This document shows positions 19,183 to 29,529 of a stretch of DNA of 64,000 bases, piece by piece. Under the pieces are notes generated by a model. That model worked only from the letters and a program-made list of their open reading frames with translations, was not told where the DNA came from and searched no databases. The stretch comes from an uncultured Clostridia bacterium (lineage in GTDB: Bacteria > Bacillota > Clostridia > TANB77 > CAG-508). A program made the translations under genes and the position numbers. Each line of letters begins with the position of its first letter. Positions within the stretch are counted from its first letter, which is position 1. Location: assembly GCA_944393385.1 (NCBI GenBank), contig CALYAA010000001.1, forward strand, positions 48,221-112,220, given 5' to 3'.

Positions 19183-22100
19183 ATGAAAAAAAGAATTATT
19201 AGTATTTTTACTTTACTAGTACTTTTTACAGCTTCTACTTTTGGAATAACTACAAATATAGCTATAGCCCAAAGTAAGCAAGATGCAAAAAGTTCACAAA
19301 ACGAAACAGCAACAGTTGATGAAGTAAGTAACAAAACATATACTTTAGAAGAGCTCTTAAATGATGAAGAAGAGCAAGAAGAAGTAAAAAAATACATAGA
19401 AAAAGTTTCTAAAACAGAAAAAAAAGAAGAAGATAAAGAAGAAAAAGCAGTTTTAACCATCTCAAGTAATGTAGACTATAATAGACCATCTGCGGGTGGT
19501 TCTACTAGATATATTAGAGGAACGTCAGTTTTTGGAAAAGATTTTTATATGAACACTAGCACTTCGCATAATCCAAATACTGGAGTAACAAAGAGTTATT
19601 TTAGGATATATAAGCATGATGTTATAAATAATACAAATAACTTAGTATATGATGCATCAAGTGAAAATTCTTATAAAGTATCAACATACGTTAATAACAA
19701 TATTTTATATGTATTATATATTAAAGATTATAATACAAATACAAAAGAATATAGTACTTCAAATGTAGTTGGAATAGATTTAAATACAGAACAAGTGGTT
19801 TTAAAACAAACGTATGATTGTATTCTAACAAGCGATTTTTATGCATCTTTTGCAGTTGATAGTGAACAAAGAGTATATTTTGTATATGATTCGGATGGAA
19901 TAAAAGTATTTGACAAAAACGCAAAACTTGTATATCACCAAGAGCCAAGTGGAAAAGATAATGGATATTTTATCTATTTAAAAGGTGTAAGTCCCAATGA
20001 TAAGATATTATTTTTTGAAACAATGTTTAGATCAAGTCCTAATGATAATGCTCCATTAAGCATATATGAAGGTATGCAAAAATTAAATAATGGTACTTTT
20101 GTGGTTAAAGATGGATTTACAGTATATGGTAGAACATTCCCAAATAACTGGTCATATAATCCAATCTGGTATTTCTTAGATAATAACGGAACATATGCTG
20201 CAGATCAATATGGAAGAATTGCAAAATTTGATTATGATGTAGATTCAAACATGGGATGTGACAGAGAAATATTAATAAACTTACAATCTAATTCACAAGA
20301 TATTAGGTATTCACCAAATTATCCAAATGTGTGTAAAAACGGTAACAATGTTTATATTCTAGGATCAAATGGAAATATATATATAGTTAATATAAATACA
20401 TTACAATATAGTCAATATTTAGCAACTGGCATTCAAGAGTATACAGATATAAAAAGCATAACCTATATGGAACAAAGTTTATTTGTTTTAACACAGTCAT
20501 CATTTTATTACATAATGAAACAATTCAAACTAGACAATAGTAACCTAAATACAATACAAAACAAAGTAATAACAGAAAGTAACACAACATCACACACAAT
20601 AGCAGATATAGTTGCAAAATACAAGCAAACATCACCAAAATTTGATTATAATAACTCAATATACAAGACAAACCCAAGGTGGAGCAATCCATATGCAGCA
20701 GGAAGTTTAAAAGACCAAGTTGTAACAGATACAATAAACAGATTAAACTATTACAGATGGCTTGTAGGAGTTAATGAAATAGGAGTAAATTACGACAAAT
20801 TAGACAGAAACCAAAAAGGAGCTGTTATAAGTAAAGCAAATGGTGACATTAGCCATTATCCAGACCAACCAAGTGATATGGATGATGCTTTTTATGAAGA
20901 AGCATATGATGGATGTAATGCAGGATATACAGAAGGAGATATATATTCAGGAAATGTTTCAGTGGGAGATTGGAGACCATATCAAGCAATTGAATCTTTT
21001 GTAAGCGATTTATACAATGTAACAATAGGAAGTGCCACAGGACATAGACAAAGCATGTTAGACCCAAAAGCAACAGCAATAAGTTTTGGACAATGTGAAG
21101 AATATTCAACAGCATCTGTATATTATGACGATTCAAAAGATGTAACTAGTTCAGCATTTTATGCATTTCCATCAGCAGGATATTTTCCAAACACAGAAAT
21201 GGCAGTTAGTGAATACTGGTCAATTTACTTAACAGGAAATGTTTCAGGAACAGCAAGTGTAAACTTTAAATATAATGGAAAAACATATAGAGGAACAGGT
21301 TTATTATTTGAAAGCGGATATCCAGCATTAAGTTTTAGAATGCCAGATGAACTACAAAAACAATTAGGTAATACATATGATAACATACCAGGCGGAACAA
21401 AAATAGAAGTTGAAGTTGTAGGTTTAAAAGATGATAATTTAAACAATGTAACATATAGATATTCAGTAAACTTCTTTGATATGAAATCAGAAATGCCAAG
21501 TTCACAAGATGTGGCAAACTTAATATTTGATTATAAATTTTATGCAGATAAATACCCAGATTTAAAAGCAGCTTTTGGATATGATGAGGGAGCATTAAAA
21601 AATCATTGGCTAACAGATGGAATAAGAGAAGGTAGACAACCATCAGCTGTATTTGATCCTAAATATTATGTTTATAATAATGAAGATATTTGGAAAGCAT
21701 ATGGAAATGATTATGTTTCAGCATACAATCATTTTATAACTACTGGATATTCAGAATTAAGACCTAGTTCAAACGAATATTCTGCAAGATATTACTGTCA
21801 ATATGATGACTTAAAGGATTTTTCTCGATATAAACTTATGTGGCACTATAGATATTATGGAAGACAAGAGGGTAGAAAAGCAACTGATGTAATTGATAGA
21901 ACACCTATAAATATAAGATCATATTTAATAGATACAGCGATATATTCAGGAGCAAATCCAGATATTAAAAAGGCTTTTAATGGTAATACAACAAAATTAA
22001 TAGAACATTGGAATAATTATGGAATAAAAGAAGGAAGAGTTGCATCTTATGTATTTGATGCAAAATATTATTTGGAAAAATACTCAGATTTAAAGAATGC

Positions 22101-22968
22101 ATATGGCAATGATTATGAAAAAGCATATAATCATTTTGTAACTACTGGAATATATGAAGGTAGACAAGGTTCAATATACTTTGATGCAAAATATTATTTA
22201 GATATGAATTCTGATTTGAAAAATGTATATGGAAAAAATTATTCTAAAGCTTTAGAACATTTTGTTAAATATGGAATAAAAGAAGAGAGAACAACAAGTA
22301 GAGATTTTAGTGTAAAACAATATAAAGAAAATTATTTTGACTTAAGAATAACATATGGAAATAATAATTTAGAATATTATAAGCATTATATAATTACAGG
22401 AAAAAAAGAAGGAAGAAATGCAGTAACATCAATAGTTAGAAAACTATCAGAAAACGAAGAATATTTATATAGTGAAAAAATATTTTCAGCTGTTAACTAT
22501 GACATAAAGGAAAAATATAATGGCGACAAAAAATCAATGAAAGATCATTGGATAAATTATGGTATAAAAGAAGGAAGAATTGCTTCATTGGTATTTGATG
22601 CAAAATATTATATTGAGAAGTATCCTGACATAAAATATATATTTGGAAATAATTATGAAAAAGCGTATGAGCACTTTATAAATTATGGAATATATGAAGG
22701 CAGACAAGGGTCAATGTATTTTGATGTAAAATATTACATAAATAACAATATAGATATAAAAGAAGCTTATGGAAATGATTATATGAAAGCTTTAAAACAT
22801 TTTGTAACAACTGGAATAAATGAAGGGAGAACTGCAAGCAGTGAATTTAGTTGTAAAAAATACCAATCAAATTATTCTGATTTAAGATATGCTTATGGAA
22901 ACAATTATATTGAGTATTTTATACATTATATAAATACTGGAATAAAAGAAAATAGAAAACCTATTTAA
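19183..22968 (+). CDS. Large secreted repeat protein: signal peptide, N-terminal beta-rich region, CAP/SCP-like domain and about 13 tandem roughly 38-aa repeats
   Basis: Signal peptide MKKRIISIFTLLVLFTASTFG; CAP-like segment YYRWLVGVNE...GHRQSMLDP; C-terminal repeats with consensus FDAKYY.EKY.DLK.AYGNDYEKAY.HF...GI.EGR. Confidence 0.6.
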   Translation: MKKRIISIFTLLVLFTASTFGITTNIAIAQSKQDAKSSQNETATVDEVSNKTYTLEELLNDEEEQEEVKKYIEKVSKTEKKEEDKEEKAVLTISSNVDYNRPSAGGSTRYIRGTSVFGKDFYMNTSTSHNPNTGVTKSYFRIYKHDVINNTNNLVYDASSENSYKVSTYVNNNILYVLYIKDYNTNTKEYSTSNVVGIDLNTEQVVLKQTYDCILTSDFYASFAVDSEQRVYFVYDSDGIKVFDKNAKLVYHQEPSGKDNGYFIYLKGVSPNDKILFFETMFRSSPNDNAPLSIYEGMQKLNNGTFVVKDGFTVYGRTFPNNWSYNPIWYFLDNNGTYAADQYGRIAKFDYDVDSNMGCDREILINLQSNSQDIRYSPNYPNVCKNGNNVYILGSNGNIYIVNINTLQYSQYLATGIQEYTDIKSITYMEQSLFVLTQSSFYYIMKQFKLDNSNLNTIQNKVITESNTTSHTIADIVAKYKQTSPKFDYNNSIYKTNPRWSNPYAAGSLKDQVVTDTINRLNYYRWLVGVNEIGVNYDKLDRNQKGAVISKANGDISHYPDQPSDMDDAFYEEAYDGCNAGYTEGDIYSGNVSVGDWRPYQAIESFVSDLYNVTIGSATGHRQSMLDPKATAISFGQCEEYSTASVYYDDSKDVTSSAFYAFPSAGYFPNTEMAVSEYWSIYLTGNVSGTASVNFKYNGKTYRGTGLLFESGYPALSFRMPDELQKQLGNTYDNIPGGTKIEVEVVGLKDDNLNNVTYRYSVNFFDMKSEMPSSQDVANLIFDYKFYADKYPDLKAAFGYDEGALKNHWLTDGIREGRQPSAVFDPKYYVYNNEDIWKAYGNDYVSAYNHFITTGYSELRPSSNEYSARYYCQYDDLKDFSRYKLMWHYRYYGRQEGRKATDVIDRTPINIRSYLIDTAIYSGANPDIKKAFNGNTTKLIEHWNNYGIKEGRVASYVFDAKYYLEKYSDLKNAYGNDYEKAYNHFVTTGIYEGRQGSIYFDAKYYLDMNSDLKNVYGKNYSKALEHFVKYGIKEERTTSRDFSVKQYKENYFDLRITYGNNNLEYYKHYIITGKKEGRNAVTSIVRKLSENEEYLYSEKIFSAVNYDIKEKYNGDKKSMKDHWINYGIKEGRIASLVFDAKYYIEKYPDIKYIFGNNYEKAYEHFINYGIYEGRQGSMYFDVKYYINNNIDIKEAYGNDYMKALKHFVTTGINEGRTASSEFSCKKYQSNYSDLRYAYGNNYIEYFIHYINTGIKENRKPI
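21500..22960 (+). repeat. Intragenic tandem repeats of about 114 bp (38 aa) with a higher-order duplication of about 570 bp
   Basis: Near-identical DNA blocks, for example gtatttgatgcaaaatattat... at about 22050 and about 22590. Confidence 0.7.
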
Positions 22969-22982
22969 TCCATAAATACAGG

Positions 22983-23026
22983 AGATAGTATAAATTTAAA
23001 TGTTTATATTATCTCTTTTTATTTTG
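22983..23026 (+). terminator. Rho-independent terminator after the repeat protein
   Basis: GAGATAGTATAAA...TTTATATTATCTC followed by TTTTTATTTT. Confidence 0.7.
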
Positions 23027-23251
23027 TTAAAATACTTTACTAAATGCATAAAATTACCTACAAAAAAGCATTAATGCTAAAAATATTTAAAAAAAGTATT
23101 GAAAAAAAAATTATATAATGATATTATAAATAAGGACTGAAAAAACGACAAGAAATTTTATCATATAAATAAACAACTGTTTTTTCACATTTAAAAATAA
23201 AATATATTTTATAATTTATATTACTTAAGCAAAATTTAGGGGGAAATTATC

Positions 23252-23962
23252 ATGAAAAATAATATAATTCATGAAGATGTTTTAACAAAAAGTCCATTTT
23301 TAGATGTCTCACCAAGAAATTATGATGTAGTTCTTAAACGAGAATATGTATATAGATTTTTTAAAAGAACTTTAGATATTATAGGAAGTATTTTTGGTAT
23401 TATATTACTTATTCCAATTACTTTAATTATATATATACTTACAAAAATAAAAAAAGAAAAAGGATCATTATTTTATACTCAACAAAGGATTGGAAAAAAC
23501 GGAAAAATATTTAAGATGTATAAATTTAGATCTATGATACCTAATGCTGATGAAGCTTTAGAAAAATATTTAAAAGAAAATGAAGAAGCTAGAAAAGAGT
23601 ATAAAATTAATAAAAAGCTAAAAAATGATCCAAGAGTTACTAAAGTTGGAGATTTTATTAGAAAAACAAGTATTGATGAATTCCCACAATTTATTAATGT
23701 ATTAAAAGGAGAAATGAGTTTAGTAGGACCAAGACCATATTTACCAAAAGAAATTGAAGATATGGGAAGTGCATATAAAGAAATTATAAAAGTAAAACCT
23801 GGAATAACTGGATTTTGGCAAGTTAGTGGAAGAAATGATGTTACTTTTAATGATAGAATAAAACTAGATTTAGAATATTGTAATAAGAAAAATTTGAAAT
23901 TAGATATAAAAATATTGTTTGATACAGTAAAAAAAGTTATAAAACGAGAAGGAGCTATTTAA
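23252..23962 (+). CDS. Undecaprenyl-phosphate sugar phosphotransferase (small WbaP/CpsE-type initiating transferase)
   Basis: Bacterial sugar transferase motifs KMYKFRSM and DEFPQFINVLKGEMSLVGPRP. Confidence 0.88.
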   Translation: MKNNIIHEDVLTKSPFLDVSPRNYDVVLKREYVYRFFKRTLDIIGSIFGIILLIPITLIIYILTKIKKEKGSLFYTQQRIGKNGKIFKMYKFRSMIPNADEALEKYLKENEEARKEYKINKKLKNDPRVTKVGDFIRKTSIDEFPQFINVLKGEMSLVGPRPYLPKEIEDMGSAYKEIIKVKPGITGFWQVSGRNDVTFNDRIKLDLEYCNKKNLKLDIKILFDTVKKVIKREGAI

Positions 23963-23963
23963 A

Positions 23964-25130
23964 ATGCATAAAAAAAATATTTTTATAATAGGATCAAAGG
24001 GAATCCCTGCCAAATATGGTGGTTTTGAAACATTTGTTGATAAGTTAACAGAAAAGAAAATTGACAAAAATATAAAATACCATGTTGCATGTATGGCAAA
24101 AGATAATAAAGAATTTGAATATAATAATGCAAGATGTTTTAATATTAAAGTGCCAAATATTGGACCAGCTAAAGCTGTATATTATGATTTAAAAGCTTTA
24201 AAAGATACTGTTAAATATATAAAGGAAAATAATTTAGAAAATTCAATTGTATATATATTAGCATGTAGAATAGGACCTTTTATCAAACATTATAAGAAAA
24301 AATTGCACAAATTAAATTGTAAAATATTTGTTAATCCAGATGGACATGAATGGAAAAGAGCAAAATGGAATAGAATAATAAAAAAATATTGGAAATTATC
24401 AGAAAGACTAATGGTAAAACATGCAGATTTGTTGATTTGTGATTCTATTAATATTGAAAAATATATTAAAGATGAATATAAAAAATGTAATCCTAATACA
24501 ACTTTTATTGCATATGGTGCAGATATAACAAGAAGTAAATTGAATGATGACGATTCTAAACTGGTAGAATGGTATAAAAAAAATGATATAAAACCAAATG
24601 AATATTATTTAGTAGTAGGTAGATTTGTTCCAGAAAATAATTATGAAACAATGATTGTAGAATACATGAAATCTAAAACAAATAAAAATTTTGTTTTAAT
24701 TACAAATGTAGAAAAAAATGAATTTTTTGAATTTTTAAAAGCCAAAACAAATTTTGACAAAGATAATAGAATTAAATTTGTAGGAACAGTATATGATCAG
24801 GAATTATTAAAGAAAATTCGTGAAAATTCATATGGATACATTCATGGACATGAAGTTGGCGGAACCAACCCTTCTTTATTAGAAGCATTAGCTAGTACAA
24901 AATTAAATCTTTTATTAGATGTTGGATTTAATAAAGAGGTAGGGGAAGATGGAGCTTTTTATTGGAATAAAGAAGATGGTAATCTATCAGCTTTAATAAA
25001 TGAGTTAGATAATATCTCACAGGCAGACATAGAAGAAATGTCAAATAAAGCTAAAAAAAGGATTAAAGACAATTATTCTTGGGAGTTGATAATAAATAAA
25101 TATGAAGATAGATTTAAAGAAAAAAATTAA
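23964..25130 (+). CDS. GT4 glycosyltransferase with an N-terminal DUF1972 domain (WchF-like rhamnosyltransferase type)
   Basis: IFIIGSKGIPAKYGGFETFV (DUF1972) plus HGHEVGGTNPSLLEALAS. Confidence 0.7.
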   Translation: MHKKNIFIIGSKGIPAKYGGFETFVDKLTEKKIDKNIKYHVACMAKDNKEFEYNNARCFNIKVPNIGPAKAVYYDLKALKDTVKYIKENNLENSIVYILACRIGPFIKHYKKKLHKLNCKIFVNPDGHEWKRAKWNRIIKKYWKLSERLMVKHADLLICDSINIEKYIKDEYKKCNPNTTFIAYGADITRSKLNDDDSKLVEWYKKNDIKPNEYYLVVGRFVPENNYETMIVEYMKSKTNKNFVLITNVEKNEFFEFLKAKTNFDKDNRIKFVGTVYDQELLKKIRENSYGYIHGHEVGGTNPSLLEALASTKLNLLLDVGFNKEVGEDGAFYWNKEDGNLSALINELDNISQADIEEMSNKAKKRIKDNYSWELIINKYEDRFKEKN

Positions 25131-26340
25131 AAATGCTAAAGAATTCATAATTTCAATAATTTATTTTTTTAGACAATCTGGTAAATTCCTATCAAAAACT
25201 AAATCTACACAATTAGGAGGAAATTTAGATCCGTTTTATTTAGCAGGTGTATTGGAAATTTATGACAGAATTAAAAATAAGAAAATAACAGCCAATTTTC
25301 TTTTGATAACAATACCATTAGTATTTTATGCTATTTTACAATTATTGGTTATAAAAGAAATAGTCATTTCTAAATTGATTATTAATGTTGCAAAAATAAT
25401 AATTTGCATTTTAACTATGTTATATGTAAAAGAACATATTAAAGAAATTGATATATATAAAGTTGCAAAAATTTCGACAGTTTTTATGGGGATTTTTTTA
25501 GTTATCTCATTAATATTAAAAGATAATGATATATTATGGCGATTTAATGACCTAGTTAATAAATATAATACAACTAGATTACAATTTACATATTTAGAGC
25601 CCAGTGAGCTTGGATTTCATGTTTCAATATTATTAATTATATTAATAAGTTATTTGTTTATAGTAAAAAGTAAAAGAGAAATAATTATCAATATAATTTG
25701 TATAGCCACAAATTTATTAGTATTATATTTTGCAAGACCATTTGGTTCAATAGTAATACTTGCTGTGGCGATTGTTGCTATGTTCTTTTGGAATTTGATA
25801 AAAAGATTTAATAAAAAGAAGCTTATTTTATACTTCTTTTTATTAATAATTGGGCTAATGTTGATTGTATTAATGTATTATTTTAAATCACCAATAATAA
25901 TGAGAGCCATAGATACAATAAATGGAAAGGATTCATCAAATAATTATAGAGTAAATTTGAGTTTGGAAATTTTGGCAACAAGCTTTAAAGACTATAACTA
26001 TATGGGATGTGGATTTGGAAATTTAAATACAAATAATTTCAGATTAGCTCATACTGGCTCTGGAATTGCAGAAGTGTTAGCTAACTCATTTATATATTTC
26101 ATTATTGAAGGAGGAATATTTTCAGTAGTCTTTTTACTAGTACTTATATCATATCTGATAAAACATGCATTTAAAGAATATTCACTAGTAAAAGTAGGAT
26201 TATTAGTATTTCTTGTTGCATACCAAATTTTTGGAGGACATTTTACTAGTGGTTTAACTTGGGCTTTATATGGAATAATTATAAGCACATGGACAGAAAA
26301 TAGTACCAGCCTAAATATGAAAGAGGATGAAAAGAAATGA
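25102..26340 (+). CDS. Wzy-type or O-antigen-ligase-like polymerase (about 10 TM helices)
   Basis: Polytopic membrane protein with a large periplasmic loop, located in a glycan cluster; the start is uncertain because it overlaps the upstream gene. Confidence 0.55.
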   Translation: MKIDLKKKIKNAKEFIISIIYFFRQSGKFLSKTKSTQLGGNLDPFYLAGVLEIYDRIKNKKITANFLLITIPLVFYAILQLLVIKEIVISKLIINVAKIIICILTMLYVKEHIKEIDIYKVAKISTVFMGIFLVISLILKDNDILWRFNDLVNKYNTTRLQFTYLEPSELGFHVSILLIILISYLFIVKSKREIIINIICIATNLLVLYFARPFGSIVILAVAIVAMFFWNLIKRFNKKKLILYFFLLIIGLMLIVLMYYFKSPIIMRAIDTINGKDSSNNYRVNLSLEILATSFKDYNYMGCGFGNLNTNNFRLAHTGSGIAEVLANSFIYFIIEGGIFSVVFLLVLISYLIKHAFKEYSLVKVGLLVFLVAYQIFGGHFTSGLTWALYGIIISTWTENSTSLNMKEDEKK

Positions 26341-27479
26341 AAAATATATTGTACATACATGCAGGAGCAGAACTATATGGAGCAGATATTGTATTATTGA
26401 ATTTAATAAAGGGGCTAAATAAAGAAAAGTATAAACCATATGTAATACTTCCATGTAATGGACCCTTAGTAGATAAAATGAAACAAAATAACATAAATGT
26501 TGAAGTAATACCATATCCTATTTTAAGAAGACAATATTTTAACATAAAAGGTATTTTTAAGTATATCACTGGATATTTTAAATATTCGAAAATTTTAGCA
26601 AAAAAAGCTAAAGAATATAATATAGATATTTTACATGTAAATACAATTGCAGTATTAGAAGGTATATATATTAAAAATAAAACAAAAGTAAAATTAATTT
26701 GGCATATACATGAAATTTTAGAGAAACCTAAAATTATTGCTAAATTCTTGTCAAAATTAGTAGCAAAATACGCGGATAAAGTAGTTGTTGTATCAAATGC
26801 AGTAAAAAAACATTTAGAAACTATGGCAAATTTTAAAAAAGAAATAAAAGTTATATATAATGGTGTTGACAATGAAATATTCAATTCAGATAATGATGTT
26901 AATTATCTAAAAGAACAATTTAAAATACCAGAAAATTCTAGAATAATTGGAATGATAGGAAGAATTAACTCATGGAAAGGCCAAAAAGATTTTATTGATG
27001 CAACCAATAAACTATTAAAAAAACACACAGACTTATATGCAATGCTTGTAGGAGGTGTATTTGAAGGACAAGAATGGAGAAAAAAAGAACTTGAAGAATA
27101 CATCTCTAATCAGGAAAATTCAGATAGAATAATTTTAAGTGATTATAGAGTGGATACCAAAAACATACATAATTTGTTTGATATATTTGTTTTACCAAGT
27201 ACTGAACCAGACCCACTTCCAACAGTTGTATTAGAAAGTATGGCTACTGGAAAACCAATTGTTGCATACAAACATGGAGGAGTTTGTGAAATGGTAAAAG
27301 AGAATTTTAATGGTTTGTTTGCAATACCAAGAGATGTGGAAGAATTATCAAATAAGATAGAGCAAATGTTAGAAAGTGATTATAAAAAGTTTGGAAAAAA
27401 CTCATATGAAAGACAAAAAGAATTTTTCTCATTACAAAGTTATATAAAAAACTTTGAACAATTATATGACGAAATTTAA
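26337..27479 (+). CDS. Glycosyltransferase family 4
   Basis: EX7E-type motif FVLPSTEPDPLPTVVLESMATGKPIV. Confidence 0.8.
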   Translation: MKNILYIHAGAELYGADIVLLNLIKGLNKEKYKPYVILPCNGPLVDKMKQNNINVEVIPYPILRRQYFNIKGIFKYITGYFKYSKILAKKAKEYNIDILHVNTIAVLEGIYIKNKTKVKLIWHIHEILEKPKIIAKFLSKLVAKYADKVVVVSNAVKKHLETMANFKKEIKVIYNGVDNEIFNSDNDVNYLKEQFKIPENSRIIGMIGRINSWKGQKDFIDATNKLLKKHTDLYAMLVGGVFEGQEWRKKELEEYISNQENSDRIILSDYRVDTKNIHNLFDIFVLPSTEPDPLPTVVLESMATGKPIVAYKHGGVCEMVKENFNGLFAIPRDVEELSNKIEQMLESDYKKFGKNSYERQKEFFSLQSYIKNFEQLYDEI

Positions 27480-27491
27480 GGAAGGTAGTAT

Positions 27492-28355
27492 ATGGATATA
27501 TCAATTATTACACCAGTGTATCATGGAAACAAATATATTAATTCATATTTGAAATCTATATTAAAAGCAAGTGATAAAATCTTAAATAATGTAGAAGTTA
27601 TTTTAGTAAATGATAGTCCAGAAGTAAAAATTGAATATGATGAAAATTTAGCATCAAAAATTAAATTTAGAATTATTGAAAATAAAAACAACATGGGAAT
27701 ACATAAATCAAGAGTAGCAGGGGTTAGAGAAGCTAAAGGTAAATACATTTTATTTTTAGATCAAGATGATGAGATAACAGAGAATGCTTTAGTTACTCAA
27801 TTAGATATTATACAAAATGGTGCAGATATTGTATTAGGTAATGGTATATATGAAGACGGAAAAAAATTAAATAAAATATTTGCAAATAAATTTTCACAAA
27901 ACTTTTCTGTAAAAAAACTACCATATTTATTAGCAAGGAATTTTATAATTTCTCCAGGTCAATGTCTAATAAAAAAAGAAAGTATTCCAGAATACTGGTT
28001 AAATAATATTATGCAAGTTAATGGGGCAGATGATTATTTATTATGGTTACTAATGTTTAATAATAACGCAAAAATAGAGTGCAACTATAATGTTATATAT
28101 ATTCATAAATATACTGGAGAAAATGTTTCACTAAATAATGAAAAAATGTACAAATCTCAATTGGATTTGATACAAGTTTTAGAAAAAAATGAAGAATATA
28201 AAAAAAGAGACTTAAAAAAATTAAAAAGAGCAATTAATTATAAACATGATTATAAAAATCATTTTTTTGTTGAAACATTAAAAAATCTTGATATTTTTAT
28301 ATATAATGTATGTTATAAAATTTTATGGAATGGGTATACAATAAAATCAAAATAA
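27492..28355 (+). CDS. Glycosyltransferase family 2
   Basis: ISIITPVYHG...ILVNDSPE...FLDQDDE (DXD). Confidence 0.8.
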   Translation: MDISIITPVYHGNKYINSYLKSILKASDKILNNVEVILVNDSPEVKIEYDENLASKIKFRIIENKNNMGIHKSRVAGVREAKGKYILFLDQDDEITENALVTQLDIIQNGADIVLGNGIYEDGKKLNKIFANKFSQNFSVKKLPYLLARNFIISPGQCLIKKESIPEYWLNNIMQVNGADDYLLWLLMFNNNAKIECNYNVIYIHKYTGENVSLNNEKMYKSQLDLIQVLEKNEEYKKRDLKKLKRAINYKHDYKNHFFVETLKNLDIFIYNVCYKILWNGYTIKSK

Positions 28356-28395
28356 TAAACATTTATAATAATTTTAATAAGAAGGAAGGAAAATA

Positions 28396-29529
28396 GTGAA
28401 AATATTATTTGTTTCAAATGATTCGACTTTATTAGGCTCAAGTAAGTCAATGATTAATTTGGCTAAAGAACTTAAAAAGAAAAATCATGACATATATATT
28501 ATTATTCCTAAAAAAGGAGTTATAGAAGATGAATTATCTAAATTAGGTATAAAATATAAAATATTTAGGTATTATAGTTGGATTAGACCAATTGGCGAAA
28601 AGAGATATATAAAATATATTGCTAAAGTAATTTTAACATTAATTTCAAGCTTTAAAATTGCTAAATGGGTAAAAAAGAATAATATAGATATTATTCATTC
28701 TAATAATTCTGCTACATATGTTGGAAGTATTGTATCAAAAATAACTAAAAAGAAGCATATATGGCATATAAGAGAACTAATGCAAGAAGATCACAATTTG
28801 GATTTTTACAATAACAAAATTACATATAAACTATTTAATAAAGCTGATTACTTAATTTATATATCAAAGGCAGTTGAAAATAAGTATGAAAAAATATTAA
28901 ACAATCCAAACGCACAGCTTATATATAATGGAATTCCAGTTGATAAGTATATAGATGTTAAAACACCAGAATTTAGTAAAAATAAAATTAAATTTTTAAT
29001 TGCTGGTAATGTATGTAAAACAAAAGGACAAGAAGAAGCAATAAAGGCTATAGAATATTTAAAAGATAAAGGTATAAAAAATTTAGAATTACAAATAGCT
29101 GGTGATGGTATAATGAAAGATGAATTAGAAGAATATGTTAAAAAGAATCAGCTAAATGATACAATAAAATTTTTAGGATTTAGAAATGATTTAGATGAAA
29201 TAAGAAAAAATATAAACATTTATTTAATGTGTTCACAAAATGAGGCATTTGGTAGAGTTACAATTGAAGCAATGATGGCAAAAAATTTAGTTATAGGAGC
29301 AAATACTGGAGGAACAATTGAACTTATTTCTAATGGTTTTAATGGTTTTTTATATCACCAAGGTGATTATAAAGACTTAGCTAATCAAATTGAATATGTA
29401 ATAACACATTGGGAAAATTGTGAAAAAATTATTGAAAATGCATATACAGATGCAATGAATAAGTTTTCAATACAACGTTGTGCAAATCAAGTTATACAAG
29501 TATATGAAAAAGTATTAGGAGATGAATAA
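28396..29529 (+). CDS. Glycosyltransferase family 4
   Basis: GTG start; EAFGRVTIEAMMAKNLVIGANTGGTIELI. Confidence 0.8.
   Translation: MKILFVSNDSTLLGSSKSMINLAKELKKKNHDIYIIIPKKGVIEDELSKLGIKYKIFRYYSWIRPIGEKRYIKYIAKVILTLISSFKIAKWVKKNNIDIIHSNNSATYVGSIVSKITKKKHIWHIRELMQEDHNLDFYNNKITYKLFNKADYLIYISKAVENKYEKILNNPNAQLIYNGIPVDKYIDVKTPEFSKNKIKFLIAGNVCKTKGQEEAIKAIEYLKDKGIKNLELQIAGDGIMKDELEEYVKKNQLNDTIKFLGFRNDLDEIRKNINIYLMCSQNEAFGRVTIEAMMAKNLVIGANTGGTIELISNGFNGFLYHQGDYKDLANQIEYVITHWENCEKIIENAYTDAMNKFSIQRCANQVIQVYEKVLGDE

Noticed and set aside
21500-22960. Periodic DNA repeats of about 114 bp considered as a non-coding repeat array
   Set aside because: They lie in one long open frame with protein-level periodicity and encode a repeat-domain protein.
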